Of a DNA stretch of 64,000 bases, positions 35,622-44,946 are shown piece by piece. Location of the stretch: IMG/VR virus record IMGVR_UViG_3300042567_001420, one strand, 5' to 3'. Origin of the DNA: a virus (taxonomy: Duplodnaviria > Caudoviricetes). Numbering within the stretch: position 1 is the first letter of the stretch; the number at the start of each line of letters is the position of its first letter. Under the pieces are notes generated by a model, which ran no database searches, was not told where the DNA came from, and saw only the letters and a list, made by a program, of their open reading frames with translations. Both the position numbers and the translations under genes were made by a program.

Positions 35622-36028
35622 TGGCCTATTCACAACAAGTAATTGATCATTATGAAAATCCCAGGAATGTGGGATCTTTTGACAAGACTGATACTGATAT
35701 TGGTACCGGTATGGTCGGTGCGCCAGCTTGCGGCGACGTAATGAAACTACAAATAAAGGTTGACCATGATACAGGTATTATTACAGATGCGAAATTTAAA
35801 ACGTATGGCTGCGGATCGGCTATTGCGAGTTCGAGTCTCATTACAGAATGGGTCAAAGGAAAAACCCTTGACCAAGCAGGATCAATTAAAAATTCCGACA
35901 TTGCCGAAGAACTAGCACTGCCGCCGGTAAAGATACATTGTTCGATCCTAGCAGAAGATGCAATTAAAGCCGCAGTAGCCGACTACAAAAGAAAAGAATG
36001 GTTAGCAAATCATGATCTCATTAACTGA
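35621..36028 (+). CDS. iscU: Fe-S cluster scaffold IscU
   Basis: MAYSQQVIDHYENPRNVG, GAPACGDVM, FKTYGCGSA, PVKIHCS. Confidence 0.95.
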   Translation: MAYSQQVIDHYENPRNVGSFDKTDTDIGTGMVGAPACGDVMKLQIKVDHDTGIITDAKFKTYGCGSAIASSSLITEWVKGKTLDQAGSIKNSDIAEELALPPVKIHCSILAEDAIKAAVADYKRKEWLANHDLIN

Positions 36029-36338
36029 AAAGGCATATGAGAAAGTTAAAACCCTACTTCAGAAACGAGGCAAAGGAGTCGGTATTCGATTGGGTGTAAA
36101 GACTACTGGTTGTAGTGGTTTAGCGTATACCATGGAATATGTTGACAACTATGTTACTGACGTTAGCACAACAAACTACGCTCAAAAAGATTTTGTAGTA
36201 TTAGTAGATACTAAAAGTTTAGCTTACTTAAACGGAGTAGTAATGGATTGGGTTCGTAATGGACTTAATGAAGGATTTGATTTTAAAAACCCCAACGAAC
36301 GTGACCGATGCGGATGCGGAGAAAGTTTCAGAGTATGA
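36012..36338 (+). CDS. iscA: A-type Fe-S carrier IscA
   Basis: [17 protein letters not shown]. Confidence 0.9.
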   Translation: MISLTEKAYEKVKTLLQKRGKGVGIRLGVKTTGCSGLAYTMEYVDNYVTDVSTTNYAQKDFVVLVDTKSLAYLNGVVMDWVRNGLNEGFDFKNPNERDRCGCGESFRV

Positions 36339-36658
36339 TAACAATAACAGAATCAGCAAAAACAAAAATTCTAGATCTTTTCGCAGAAGAAGGTAATCCT
36401 GACTTATGTTTAAGAACATTTGTGCAGGGTGGAGGATGTAGCGGAATGAGTTATGGATTCACATTCGATGAGATAATGAACGAAGACGATTTCGAAATGC
36501 CGCTTGAAAAAACTAAAATATTAATTGATGCCATGAGCATGCAATATCTAACAGGCGCAACTGTGGATTACAAAGAAGATATACAAGGTTCACAGTTTGT
36601 TATAACTAATCCAAATGCTCAATCCACTTGCGGTTGCGGTAGTTCGTTTAGTGTATGA
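36335..36658 (+). CDS. erpA: A-type Fe-S carrier ErpA-like
   Basis: [25 protein letters not shown]. Confidence 0.85.
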   Translation: MITITESAKTKILDLFAEEGNPDLCLRTFVQGGGCSGMSYGFTFDEIMNEDDFEMPLEKTKILIDAMSMQYLTGATVDYKEDIQGSQFVITNPNAQSTCGCGSSFSV

Positions 36659-37413
36659 AATATCGTGCGATATTTATAAGTGATGTTCACTTAGGTACTC
36701 GTGATTGTCAAGCAAACAAGTTAAATAATTTTCTCAAACATAATACCGGCGACACCCTCTATTTGGTCGGAGATATTATTGATGCATGGCGTATACAACA
36801 GAACAACTGGCGGTGGAAACAAAGCCATACCAACGTTGTGCGCAGAGTATTAGGTCACGCTAAACGCGGTACGCGGGTTGTTTATGTTGCAGGAAATCAC
36901 GATGAGTTCTTAAGACCAATGATACCGTATGGTTTTAGTTTTGGTCTAGTAGAAATTCATAATCAAATAGAACACATAGGTGCTGATGGTAAGCACTATT
37001 TAGTAACACACGGTGACTTGTTTGATGGTATAACAAGGCTAGCACCGTGGATATCATTTTTAGGAGATAAAGCATATGACTTCATTTTGTCACTCAATAG
37101 CAAGTTCAATTGGATACGTCATCGTATGGGTTTTGGGTACTTTAGCCTTAGCAAGTTCCTTAAACACAAAGTAAAAAAAGCAGTAGACTTTATATTTCAG
37201 TTTGAAAAGAATCTAGCTGCCTATTGTAAGAAGCGTGGGTATGATGGAGTTATATGTGGCCACATACACCATGCTGAGATCAAAGAGATAGATGGAATTA
37301 TCTATATGAATGATGGTGACTGGGTTGAATCATGTACGGCACTTGTAGAGCATCATGATGGTCGATGGGAAATAGTTACCTGGACTAAGGAAAAAGATGA
37401 TGAACCTCAGTAA
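36655..37413 (+). CDS. LpxH-like metallophosphoesterase
   Basis: SDVHLG, VGDIID, GNHD, HGD, GHIH. Confidence 0.85.
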   Translation: MKYRAIFISDVHLGTRDCQANKLNNFLKHNTGDTLYLVGDIIDAWRIQQNNWRWKQSHTNVVRRVLGHAKRGTRVVYVAGNHDEFLRPMIPYGFSFGLVEIHNQIEHIGADGKHYLVTHGDLFDGITRLAPWISFLGDKAYDFILSLNSKFNWIRHRMGFGYFSLSKFLKHKVKKAVDFIFQFEKNLAAYCKKRGYDGVICGHIHHAEIKEIDGIIYMNDGDWVESCTALVEHHDGRWEIVTWTKEKDDEPQ

Positions 37414-38110
37414 TAAAATTACGATTGTTGTGCCTTGTAAGAATGAAGAAAACTATATTCATCATTTGTTAGATGCTTTGCGCCAACAAGACATTGGCGA
37501 TACAAGAATCATTATTGCCGATTGCTCTACTGACAATACTAGACAAGTTATACAGGATAATAGCTCTTCATTAAATGTTGAAATTATTGAAGGTGGGCCA
37601 GTTTCATTTGCCAAGAATAACGGAGCAAGATTAGTTACTACTCCCTACATTTTATTCATTGATGCAGATGTTCGGTTCTTTAAAAACACAGTAATCAAAG
37701 ATGCCGTTAACGAAATTGTGTCCAATGACTTAGATCTAATTGGGTTAAACATTAAATGTTATGACAAAGACTTACGTGCAATAATTGGATTTACAATTTT
37801 TAATATTATAAATCACATATTAAAATTCTTTTCCCCATTTGCAATCGGGGCATTTATGTTGACTCGCAGAGATAGATTTGAAGAATATGGCGGGTTCCCT
37901 GAAAAGACAGTAACATCTGAAGATTACTTTCTATCAAGAATGTATAACCCAAAGAAGTTTAAAATTGCAAATCACTACTTTGGCCAAGATTCTCGCAGGT
38001 TTAAAAAGATGGGATACTTCGGTATGGGATGGTATCTAATTAAGAATTTTATAAACCGAAACAACAAGGCATATTGGGATCGCCTAGATTCTTCCAAATA
38101 TTGGAATTAA
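37397..38110 (+). CDS. Family 2 glycosyltransferase
   Basis: VVPCKNEE, IADCSTD, FIDAD. Confidence 0.85.
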   Translation: MMNLSNKITIVVPCKNEENYIHHLLDALRQQDIGDTRIIIADCSTDNTRQVIQDNSSSLNVEIIEGGPVSFAKNNGARLVTTPYILFIDADVRFFKNTVIKDAVNEIVSNDLDLIGLNIKCYDKDLRAIIGFTIFNIINHILKFFSPFAIGAFMLTRRDRFEEYGGFPEKTVTSEDYFLSRMYNPKKFKIANHYFGQDSRRFKKMGYFGMGWYLIKNFINRNNKAYWDRLDSSKYWN

Positions 38111-38112
38111 TA

Positions 38113-38295
38113 ATGTCTCATATAAAAAAATTTATTGCTCTTTTTCCCACCCCATTGTTTATGATTATGGGGTTTGTTAATTTGTTTTACTTCAATCTAC
38201 CCATGTGTGGTGGCCAATCATTTGAAATGGCGTTAATGTGGTTTGCCATGTCAATTGCACATTCTAAACCATGGATTAATTTTATAGACAATTAA
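38113..38295 (+). CDS. Small membrane protein
   Basis: Two hydrophobic segments. Confidence 0.45.
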   Translation: MSHIKKFIALFPTPLFMIMGFVNLFYFNLPMCGGQSFEMALMWFAMSIAHSKPWINFIDN

Positions 38296-38373
38296 GGTGC
38301 TTTAGGTATTGTCCTTGGTCTAGGAATATCCCCAGATACAATCTGAATACCTGTACCAAATATTGGAATTGAA

Positions 38374-39102
38374 TTAGTAAATTTTATCTAATTGATATTC
38401 CTGAAGTGCGATAAATTCGGCTTCAGGAATTCTTGTCTTACCGTTTTTACTTCCAAGAACAACAACGATACGTCTGCCGATATCGGTATCAAGCATCATA
38501 ACGATGCAACCACCGGCAGCATTTGTTGTTCCAGTTTTACTCACAATAAAATTATGTCTCTTTCCAATAATAGGGTTTGTATTATTAAAAAAGAGCCACT
38601 TCTTTTTGATCTGAATTTTTACTTGCGGAGTTTTACTTGCTTCAACGATTTCAGGATAGTAGCTTGCAGCCAAAGTTAATTCCAACAAATCTTTAGCAGT
38701 ACTAATATTCATTGGGCTTAATCCCGATGCCTCAACAAATTTGGTGTTGTGCATATTAAGTGCAACAGCTTTTTCATTCATATCTCGAATACATTTAGAT
38801 TTGCCGCCGGGATATTTGTCACATAATAAAATAGCAGATTCATTACTTGACTTAACAAGAGCCAACTGTATATGTTGTTCCCTTGTAAACTTTCCAATTT
38901 TTTCTTTTGGATTTTGCCCAGCATCTATTACAACCATTGCAGCCATAAGTTTTGTGATACTGGCAATTGAACGAGATTCATTAATATTCTCGCCTTCAAT
39001 AATTTTACCGTTACTATTAGAAACAAGCCATGATTGAGCAGTCAAGTTCATGGAAAAGGCATTACCCGTTAAAAGTAATGCCAATAATAATATATACTTC
39101 AT
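38374..39102 (-). CDS. Peptidase S11 (D-Ala-D-Ala carboxy/endopeptidase, PBP7-like)
   Basis: Signal peptide; SITK (SxxK), SSN (SxN), KTG. Confidence 0.85.
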   Translation of the reverse strand: MKYILLLALLLTGNAFSMNLTAQSWLVSNSNGKIIEGENINESRSIASITKLMAAMVVIDAGQNPKEKIGKFTREQHIQLALVKSSNESAILLCDKYPGGKSKCIRDMNEKAVALNMHNTKFVEASGLSPMNISTAKDLLELTLAASYYPEIVEASKTPQVKIQIKKKWLFFNNTNPIIGKRHNFIVSKTGTTNAAGGCIVMMLDTDIGRRIVVVLGSKNGKTRIPEAEFIALQEYQLDKIY

Positions 39103-39401
39103 ATGTAATCTTTACTTGATACTCGCCCCAGTATCTTATAATTTTTTCCGGAACCTAACAGACATGCCTTTTCAGTATTATACTCGACCAATGACCATGT
39201 TTTTGTAGAGGAGTTAACGGTTAATACAATCTTGGTAGTAAATGAATCTTGATCAAATACCATAAGTATTGTCTCGCGGTATTCTTCAAATATTGCGTCA
39301 AACATTTCTTTTGTATCTAAACAAATTACGGGTTTGTTTCTTTCTTCACTACACGCAATTGTGGATATAGTTAATAGCAGTGATAATATAATTTTTTTCA
39401 T
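39099..39401 (-). CDS. Hypothetical secreted/lipoprotein-like protein
   Basis: MKKIILSLLLTISTIAC. Confidence 0.55.
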   Translation of the reverse strand: MKKIILSLLLTISTIACSEERNKPVICLDTKEMFDAIFEEYRETILMVFDQDSFTTKIVLTVNSSTKTWSLVEYNTEKACLLGSGKNYKILGRVSSKDYI

Positions 39402-39403
39402 AA

Positions 39404-39477
39404 TGGATGCGGACCCCAGAGTTGAACTAGGAACTAAGGATTATGAGTCCTTTGTGATACCATTTCACCAATCCGCG
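39404..39477 (-). tRNA. tRNA with CAT anticodon and C1:A72 mismatch
   Basis: Cloverleaf, CCA end; TATAAATA at 39486-39493 upstream. Confidence 0.8.
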
Positions 39478-39484
39478 GTATAAT

Positions 39485-39664
39485 TTATTTATAATCTTTT
39501 TCTGTTAACTTCTCAGAATCTTCATAGTATTCATTTTTCATAATCGCATCATCAAATTTTTCTTCATCTGTTTTTTTATAATTACGAAAAATAGCATCGT
39601 AATTATTATCAAATGTAGCAATTGGAACACTATATGGTCTAGGTTTACTACCCTTACCGCTCAT
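39485..39664 (-). CDS. Small hypothetical protein (59 aa)
   Basis: MSGKGSKPRP start. Confidence 0.55.
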   Translation of the reverse strand: MSGKGSKPRPYSVPIATFDNNYDAIFRNYKKTDEEKFDDAIMKNEYYEDSEKLTEKDYK

Positions 39665-39781
39665 TTATTTGCCCTGGCCTCTATATGCTTTGTAGGTTCT
39701 CTTTTGAGTCTTATTCATACTTGAGGTTTTTGCTCTGCCGCCTTGCTTGGTGCGCTTTTTAAAGTTGTGTACTGTTTTCAT
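39665..39781 (-). CDS. Small basic protein (38 aa)
   Basis: KTSSMNKTQKRTYKAYRGQGK. Confidence 0.55.
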   Translation of the reverse strand: MKTVHNFKKRTKQGGRAKTSSMNKTQKRTYKAYRGQGK

Positions 39782-39783
39782 TT

Positions 39784-40101
39784 TTATGCCTTAGTATTAA
39801 GTTCTTGCTCAATTTTAGTCAATGACACATTTAGAGATGTTAATGCACGATTGTAGTCTGCAATCATACTATCGGGTAATTCTGCAATCCATATAACTTT
39901 TGAAGCATCGACTTCAATTGTATGGTTAACAACATATGGGGCATATGGAAACAATGCCAATGTCATTTCTTTCTCAAACCCAGGTTCACGATTGGGAGTC
40001 ATTGTTAAAATGAATGGTTGCACAAGTTTAATACTTGCTGTTTCCATTGTCATATCGGCAACTAATTCTTCGCCAGTTTGTAGCTTTAAAATTTTAATCA
40101 T
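39784..40101 (-). CDS. Hypothetical protein
   Basis: MIKILKLQTGEELVA start, recalled from T4-like phages. Confidence 0.65.
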   Translation of the reverse strand: MIKILKLQTGEELVADMTMETASIKLVQPFILTMTPNREPGFEKEMTLALFPYAPYVVNHTIEVDASKVIWIAELPDSMIADYNRALTSLNVSLTKIEQELNTKA

Positions 40102-40177
40102 TCAATTCTCCGTTATAATAAGTCTTATTATAACATCTTTCATATAGAAAACATATTATAATAAAGAGTTTTGGACA

Positions 40178-40197
40178 ACTAGGGCCGAAGCCCTAGT
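40178..40197 (-). terminator. Hairpin terminator with UUCG loop
   Basis: ACTAGGGC-TTCG-GCCCTAGT. Confidence 0.65.
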
Positions 40198-40290
40198 GTT
40201 TTTATGAACCAATTGAAGGATGCTTGTTCCTACGTGTGGCCAATCGGTGTCGTACTTCATGTACGATTTTAATAAAAGCCTTAATGAATT

Positions 40291-40476
40291 TCATAATAAT
40301 CCTCTACGTGCTAATACCTGCATTCTATGTTCTAGATCTTTGTAATCTACAGAATCTTTCAAATACATATCAATTTCTTTTTGATATGAAGGAGTAAAGG
40401 CTTTTTCAACCCATGACCAAAAGTCTTTCATTGCAGGGAAATGAACTCCCTCAAATTCTTTTAGATCATTATTCAT
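40291..40476 (-). CDS. Hypothetical protein
   Basis: 61-aa ORF coupled to hsp20. Confidence 0.5.
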   Translation of the reverse strand: MNNDLKEFEGVHFPAMKDFWSWVEKAFTPSYQKEIDMYLKDSVDYKDLEHRMQVLARRGLL

Positions 40477-41000
40477 TATAGGTCTCTATTTTCTACAGGA
40501 TCTTCTGTAAGCAATTGAGGTTTAGATTTCTTTGTAGGCTTTGTGCTTACTTCAGAATCTTTAACTTCAATTTTCTTTGGCTTTTTATGTTCTGGAATAA
40601 TACGCTCTAAGAAAATCTTAAGCATACCATTTAACATGGCAGCATCTTGAACTTCAATATGGTCTTCCAAAGCAAATGTACGAGTGAATGCTCTATTAGC
40701 AATACCCTTGAACAAGAAATTATCTTCTTGCTCTGCACCATTTACATTACCTTTAATAATCATTTTGCCATCGGCAAGTTCAATTTCAATATCCTGTCTG
40801 GCAAAACCAGCAACTGCAACTTCAATAACATAAGTTGTATCGCCAGTTTTCTTAATATTATATGGTGGATAATTTGGAATGCTCTTTGTTAGATCATCAT
40901 GAATCTTAGCCATCTTGCTAAATTGATCGTCAAAGCCTACATATAGTTTATCAAAGTCTTTGAACATATCACGGCCAAATATTTGTGGAACAAATGTCAT
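40476..41000 (-). CDS. Small heat-shock protein (Hsp20)
   Basis: NYPPYNI, EVAVAGF, LFKGIANRAFTRTF, NGMLKI. Confidence 0.92.
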   Translation of the reverse strand: MTFVPQIFGRDMFKDFDKLYVGFDDQFSKMAKIHDDLTKSIPNYPPYNIKKTGDTTYVIEVAVAGFARQDIEIELADGKMIIKGNVNGAEQEDNFLFKGIANRAFTRTFALEDHIEVQDAAMLNGMLKIFLERIIPEHKKPKKIEVKDSEVSTKPTKKSKPQLLTEDPVENRDL

Positions 41001-41227
41001 TTTGATTCTCCCTTTTTACTTGTTTTACCAGTAATCGAATTGGCAAAAGTCTCTGAGGCAATATTCATTACATCGTTAGCAGACTTAGCAACTTGTTTTG
41101 TAAAGACACGTTGTGCTTCTACAAAATCGACTAGAGGTTTTTGAAGGGAATCTTCCTTGACTGTTTGTTTGAGGAAGTTGATTTTGGCGTCTTGAATTGA
41201 ATCGATAGCCATGTTTGCGTAAAACAT
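40997..41227 (-). CDS. Hypothetical helical protein
   Basis: 76-aa ORF with AGGAG Shine-Dalgarno. Confidence 0.6.
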   Translation of the reverse strand: MFYANMAIDSIQDAKINFLKQTVKEDSLQKPLVDFVEAQRVFTKQVAKSANDVMNIASETFANSITGKTSKKGESK

Positions 41228-41234
41228 ATAGTTC

Positions 41235-41427
41235 TCCTATTAAGCGAGTTTAAAATTTGCTACCCCGAAGGCATAGCGTTAATCCTGCTTACTGACTACA
41301 GGGGTACCATACGTTGTACCAGCTTTAGACGTTCCCAAGGTAGTGGGACTTAAATTAGTTCGGCTTCTGGTTTATACAGCCCACACCGATTGCTGCGTTT
41401 CCCATCCCGGGGATATTATTATTTATA
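41235..41427 (-). promoter_or_regulatory. Late promoter plus ~185-nt multi-hairpin 5' leader
   Basis: TATAAATA at 41420-41427; at least five hairpins, one with a UUCG loop. Confidence 0.55.
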
Positions 41428-41431
41428 CAGA

Positions 41432-41872
41432 TTATTCATCTGTAGGTTGTTTTTTCTTACCAATATTATACTTTGTTTGTAAAGACCATTCGCTTTTATC
41501 TTTAAAAGCAATTACTTTGATTTGCGACAATGGTGCTAAATCTGTAAATTTATCAGGATCAATAATTTTTACTAGGCCCCAATCTATTAGCAATTTGGCA
41601 ATTGTATTACGTCTTTGTAAATCGTTCTCTGTTAAATCTGCAGTCTTACCATCAAGAGCAAAAAGCTCTTTAAAATGCACAATGAAATATCTACCTTGCT
41701 TATGTAAAATATGGCAGGATTGATACAGTACTTTATCTTTGCGTGATGCTACACCTATGCGTGTGAGAGTTTCTCTGACTTTCAAAAAATCGTCAGGTTG
41801 TGCCATGGTTACTTCCAGCGGGTTGTATCCAGGATAATCAATGTGAAAAATATCTTCAGCCATTACGACCAC
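41432..41872 (-). CDS. regA: Translational repressor RegA
   Basis: FLKVRETLTRIG, LYQSCHILHKQGRY, VHFKELFALDG. Confidence 0.95.
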   Translation of the reverse strand: MVVMAEDIFHIDYPGYNPLEVTMAQPDDFLKVRETLTRIGVASRKDKVLYQSCHILHKQGRYFIVHFKELFALDGKTADLTENDLQRRNTIAKLLIDWGLVKIIDPDKFTDLAPLSQIKVIAFKDKSEWSLQTKYNIGKKKQPTDE

Positions 41873-42296
41873 CTTTTATTAGTTTTGTTCTTAAATAATC
41901 TAATTTTGAGTCGTCGAGAAGAGGGAGTACTTGGCGGGCCTTTTCTGTGCTATATCCATAGTATTCTTTTATTACTTCGATCGATTCAATTTTCTCCGCT
42001 TTGATCCATTTGTTGAATCTTTTACGGGGCCTAATAGTATTTATAAGAAACGAAAACTGCATCTTTTTCTCAAGATGTGGTCGCGAATTCATCTCATTCG
42101 CAGGGATTACTGTGTCATGTCCGTAAGATAGTCCTTTATTAATAATAAATGCGTTATACTGTTTCTCCGACCAATCGTCTACGATTAAATTATCTTTGCT
42201 ATAATGAATAGCATTAATAAAGTCAAAGGGGGAAATTGCAGGAGCCTTATATGGAACTTCTGCTGGTTTTTCCACAGGGGTTCCAAACAAACTCAT
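41856..42296 (-). CDS. 62: Clamp loader small subunit (gp62)
   Basis: YNAFIINKGLS, ANEMN, KEYYGYS; synteny. Confidence 0.9.
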   Translation of the reverse strand: MSLFGTPVEKPAEVPYKAPAISPFDFINAIHYSKDNLIVDDWSEKQYNAFIINKGLSYGHDTVIPANEMNSRPHLEKKMQFSFLINTIRPRKRFNKWIKAEKIESIEVIKEYYGYSTEKARQVLPLLDDSKLDYLRTKLIKGGRNG

Positions 42297-42580
42297 GATA
42301 GCATCCTTATCAATCCTACCGAATCTATTGTTACCAATAACAGGTAGTTAGCCAGCATGCCAAAAGATTTGCGAGTCCAAGCAGCCCAAGCATACATACC
42401 ACAGCCGACGATCCATATAGGGTAAAGAGAAAGTAAGGGCGGATTGGGAACTGTGACAGCCATGGTAATTGAACACCCAATACTAATAGCCCAAGCAAGC
42501 AACTCAACGCAAAAACGAAAGCGATTAGTAATGTAGTCATCTTTGATCCAATCAAATGTAGGTTTTAATAAGTCATTCAT
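42293..42580 (-). CDS. Hypothetical membrane protein
   Basis: About three hydrophobic helices. Confidence 0.6.
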   Translation of the reverse strand: MNDLLKPTFDWIKDDYITNRFRFCVELLAWAISIGCSITMAVTVPNPPLLSLYPIWIVGCGMYAWAAWTRKSFGMLANYLLLVTIDSVGLIRMLS

Positions 42581-43518
42581 TTAAATTCAACCGATGCCAT
42601 AATCTCTGTTAAACACGCAACAAGATTAATTTCTTGGTCTGCACAAAATGCCGCTTTATACTGATAGTCTGCAAGCAACAAAACAAGTTGTGGAACTTGA
42701 ACAACGGAATCTAATAGGGTATCGTATATTTTTCTAAAAAGAGTTTGCGGATCGTTATCTAGATTGTTAACAACCCAGGTACGCATCTTTTTCCAATCTT
42801 TGTCTTTGAGAGCAGAGATAAGGTCTTGCATATTAACCTCACCCATATTAACAAGAATGCCCTCATCAATTTTACCCGAAGATGCATAACGCTGTAACTC
42901 ATTAAGTACACGACGGTAATCGGGAAAATGTTTCTCAAGAACTTTTGCTACAACTTTAGGGTCGGCTTCGACCTTTTCGTTTGCCAAGATTTCATTAACA
43001 CGTTTAAAGAAACGAGCAGCAATCTTAGGACGCTCTTCTTTACCAATTTTAAATTCGATTACCGCACATCGAGAATGAAGCGGAGGAATAATACGATTTT
43101 TAAAATTACAAGTAAAAATAAATCTGCAATTTGCTGAGAATTCTTCAATGAATGCTCGCAATGCAGGTTGTGTAGAATTAGGGTTTAGATAATCAGCCTC
43201 GTCTAGAATAACAACTTTAGTCTTGCCACTAAAGGATACTGTAGATGCGAACTGTTTGATTTTAGTTCTAAGAACATCAATACCAGATTCTTCTGAACCG
43301 TTAATGATGATATAGTCTGTACCTAGTTCTTCACACAATGCTCGGGCAATAGTAGTCTTGCCCACACCGGCCGAACCACACAATAGCATGTTTTGTATTT
43401 CATCTTTTTCAACCATGTCCTGAAAGACCTTCTTTTGGTCTACAGGTAAAATACATTCATCTAGTTTACGAGGGCGATACTTTTCAACCCACAAAAATTG
43501 ATCTTCACGAAATTCCAT
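42577..43518 (-). CDS. 44: Clamp loader large subunit (gp44)
   Basis: WVEKYRP, GSAGVGKT, ILDEAD, SRC. Confidence 0.95.
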   Translation of the reverse strand: MEFREDQFLWVEKYRPRKLDECILPVDQKKVFQDMVEKDEIQNMLLCGSAGVGKTTIARALCEELGTDYIIINGSEESGIDVLRTKIKQFASTVSFSGKTKVVILDEADYLNPNSTQPALRAFIEEFSANCRFIFTCNFKNRIIPPLHSRCAVIEFKIGKEERPKIAARFFKRVNEILANEKVEADPKVVAKVLEKHFPDYRRVLNELQRYASSGKIDEGILVNMGEVNMQDLISALKDKDWKKMRTWVVNNLDNDPQTLFRKIYDTLLDSVVQVPQLVLLLADYQYKAAFCADQEINLVACLTEIMASVEFK

Positions 43519-43546
43519 AATAACTCCATAATATTAAAATTGCGTA

Positions 43547-44218
43547 TTAACGCAGCCAGTTTCGATTGAACAACGAATCTGGATTACTTACAATGTCGGT
43601 AGGGACCCCGACTTTTTCAATCAAATCATTTCTAATGTAGATATTGTTTCCTGTATGCATAACTAAAGTATATCCCTTTTCTTTAGCAACTTCGTTTGTT
43701 GCGGAGAATGTATTACCGCCCGGCAATCCATCTTGTCGTATAGATTCGGGATCTCCATTGCGCCATACAATCCCAGGTGCAATACTACTATTAACTTCGA
43801 TAACTACAATCTTAGGAGAATATTCTTTAAGTGATTCCCACACAGCAAGATCATACGAATCAATATCAATTGATATACATTCAAAATCTTTAGGTATAGG
43901 TGTTCTTTTTAAAATATTATCTAGACTATTTTCGTCTGCGGGATTGTGTGATACAAATGCTTCAATTGGAATAATTTTTTTATAAAATTTAGCTGTATTA
44001 TTTAAATCAGGAATTTTTTCACTTGCACCTTCTACAAACACACCGTGCATACCTTTTTTTACAAGATTGTATGTATTACTATACAGTATACCATCCCATG
44101 CACCAATGTCTACACACCAAGAGGTGTTATAATCAACATCTAACCTATGAAGAATTTCTTCGATAATTCCATCTTCTCCATTTTGAGAATGAACATTTTT
44201 ATTATAATTTCCAAACAT
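43547..44218 (-). CDS. FkbM-like SAM-dependent methyltransferase
   Basis: SQNGEDGII, VDIGAWDG, SIDIDSYD. Confidence 0.75.
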   Translation of the reverse strand: MFGNYNKNVHSQNGEDGIIEEILHRLDVDYNTSWCVDIGAWDGILYSNTYNLVKKGMHGVFVEGASEKIPDLNNTAKFYKKIIPIEAFVSHNPADENSLDNILKRTPIPKDFECISIDIDSYDLAVWESLKEYSPKIVVIEVNSSIAPGIVWRNGDPESIRQDGLPGGNTFSATNEVAKEKGYTLVMHTGNNIYIRNDLIEKVGVPTDIVSNPDSLFNRNWLR

Positions 44219-44219
44219 T

Positions 44220-44876
44220 TTATATTACCGAATCGGGTTCCATTGCAATAAAATATTCTAATGGCTTTGTAGCGTTTTTAAAGTGGAACAATTTCTTTTT
44301 AGCAACTGTTACTGCATAAGCATCGGGAATGATCTTAAAGTTTTCAACTGCCATATGACATTCAAATGTTGCATCTGATGCTCCGATTGTCTTTTTATAA
44401 GTGTTTGCAGTATCATTTTTCTTATCACCAATGGTCAATGTAACTTGTCCATTTTTGCTAATAACAGAAATTGTAGGTGCTGCTGTAATTGCGGCTGCCT
44501 TCATAATCATGTTAACATCTTCAGATGATAGATTGAATTTAAAGTGTTCGTCAATCTCAATGTTCTTATCGGGTGCTGCTACAATAACGCTTGCGTTAGA
44601 ATAGAAGTATTCAAATTTACCATTGTCTTTAGAGATAGTCAAAGACTTTTCGCCAAAATCAACTTGCTGATTCTCCATCAATGTTAACAATGCCAACAAT
44701 GAATTCAAATCATAAACAGGAACTTCTACTGGGAAGTCTTCGTTAACTGTTACACGCGCAAATATATTCTTTGCTGTGCTGATTGTAGATAACGTCTGAC
44801 CTTTACGGATCAAGATGTTACTATTAATTGCGGCGAAGTTCTTTAAGAACTGGATTGTTTCATTACTAAATTGCAT
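44220..44876 (-). CDS. 45: Sliding clamp (gp45)
   Basis: LKNFAAINSNI, YDLNSLL, YFIAME; synteny. Confidence 0.92.
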   Translation of the reverse strand: MQFSNETIQFLKNFAAINSNILIRKGQTLSTISTAKNIFARVTVNEDFPVEVPVYDLNSLLALLTLMENQQVDFGEKSLTISKDNGKFEYFYSNASVIVAAPDKNIEIDEHFKFNLSSEDVNMIMKAAAITAAPTISVISKNGQVTLTIGDKKNDTANTYKKTIGASDATFECHMAVENFKIIPDAYAVTVAKKKLFHFKNATKPLEYFIAMEPDSVI

Positions 44877-44915
44877 AATATCTCCTAAATTGCAATATCA
44901 TTTACATAAAAATAT

Positions 44916-44944
44916 ATTATAACACCTATGTGCGTATAAGTCTA
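44916..44944 (-). promoter_or_regulatory. sigma70-type promoter for gp45
   Basis: TAGACT-N17-TATAAT with TG extended -10. Confidence 0.6.
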
Positions 44945-44946
44945 TA

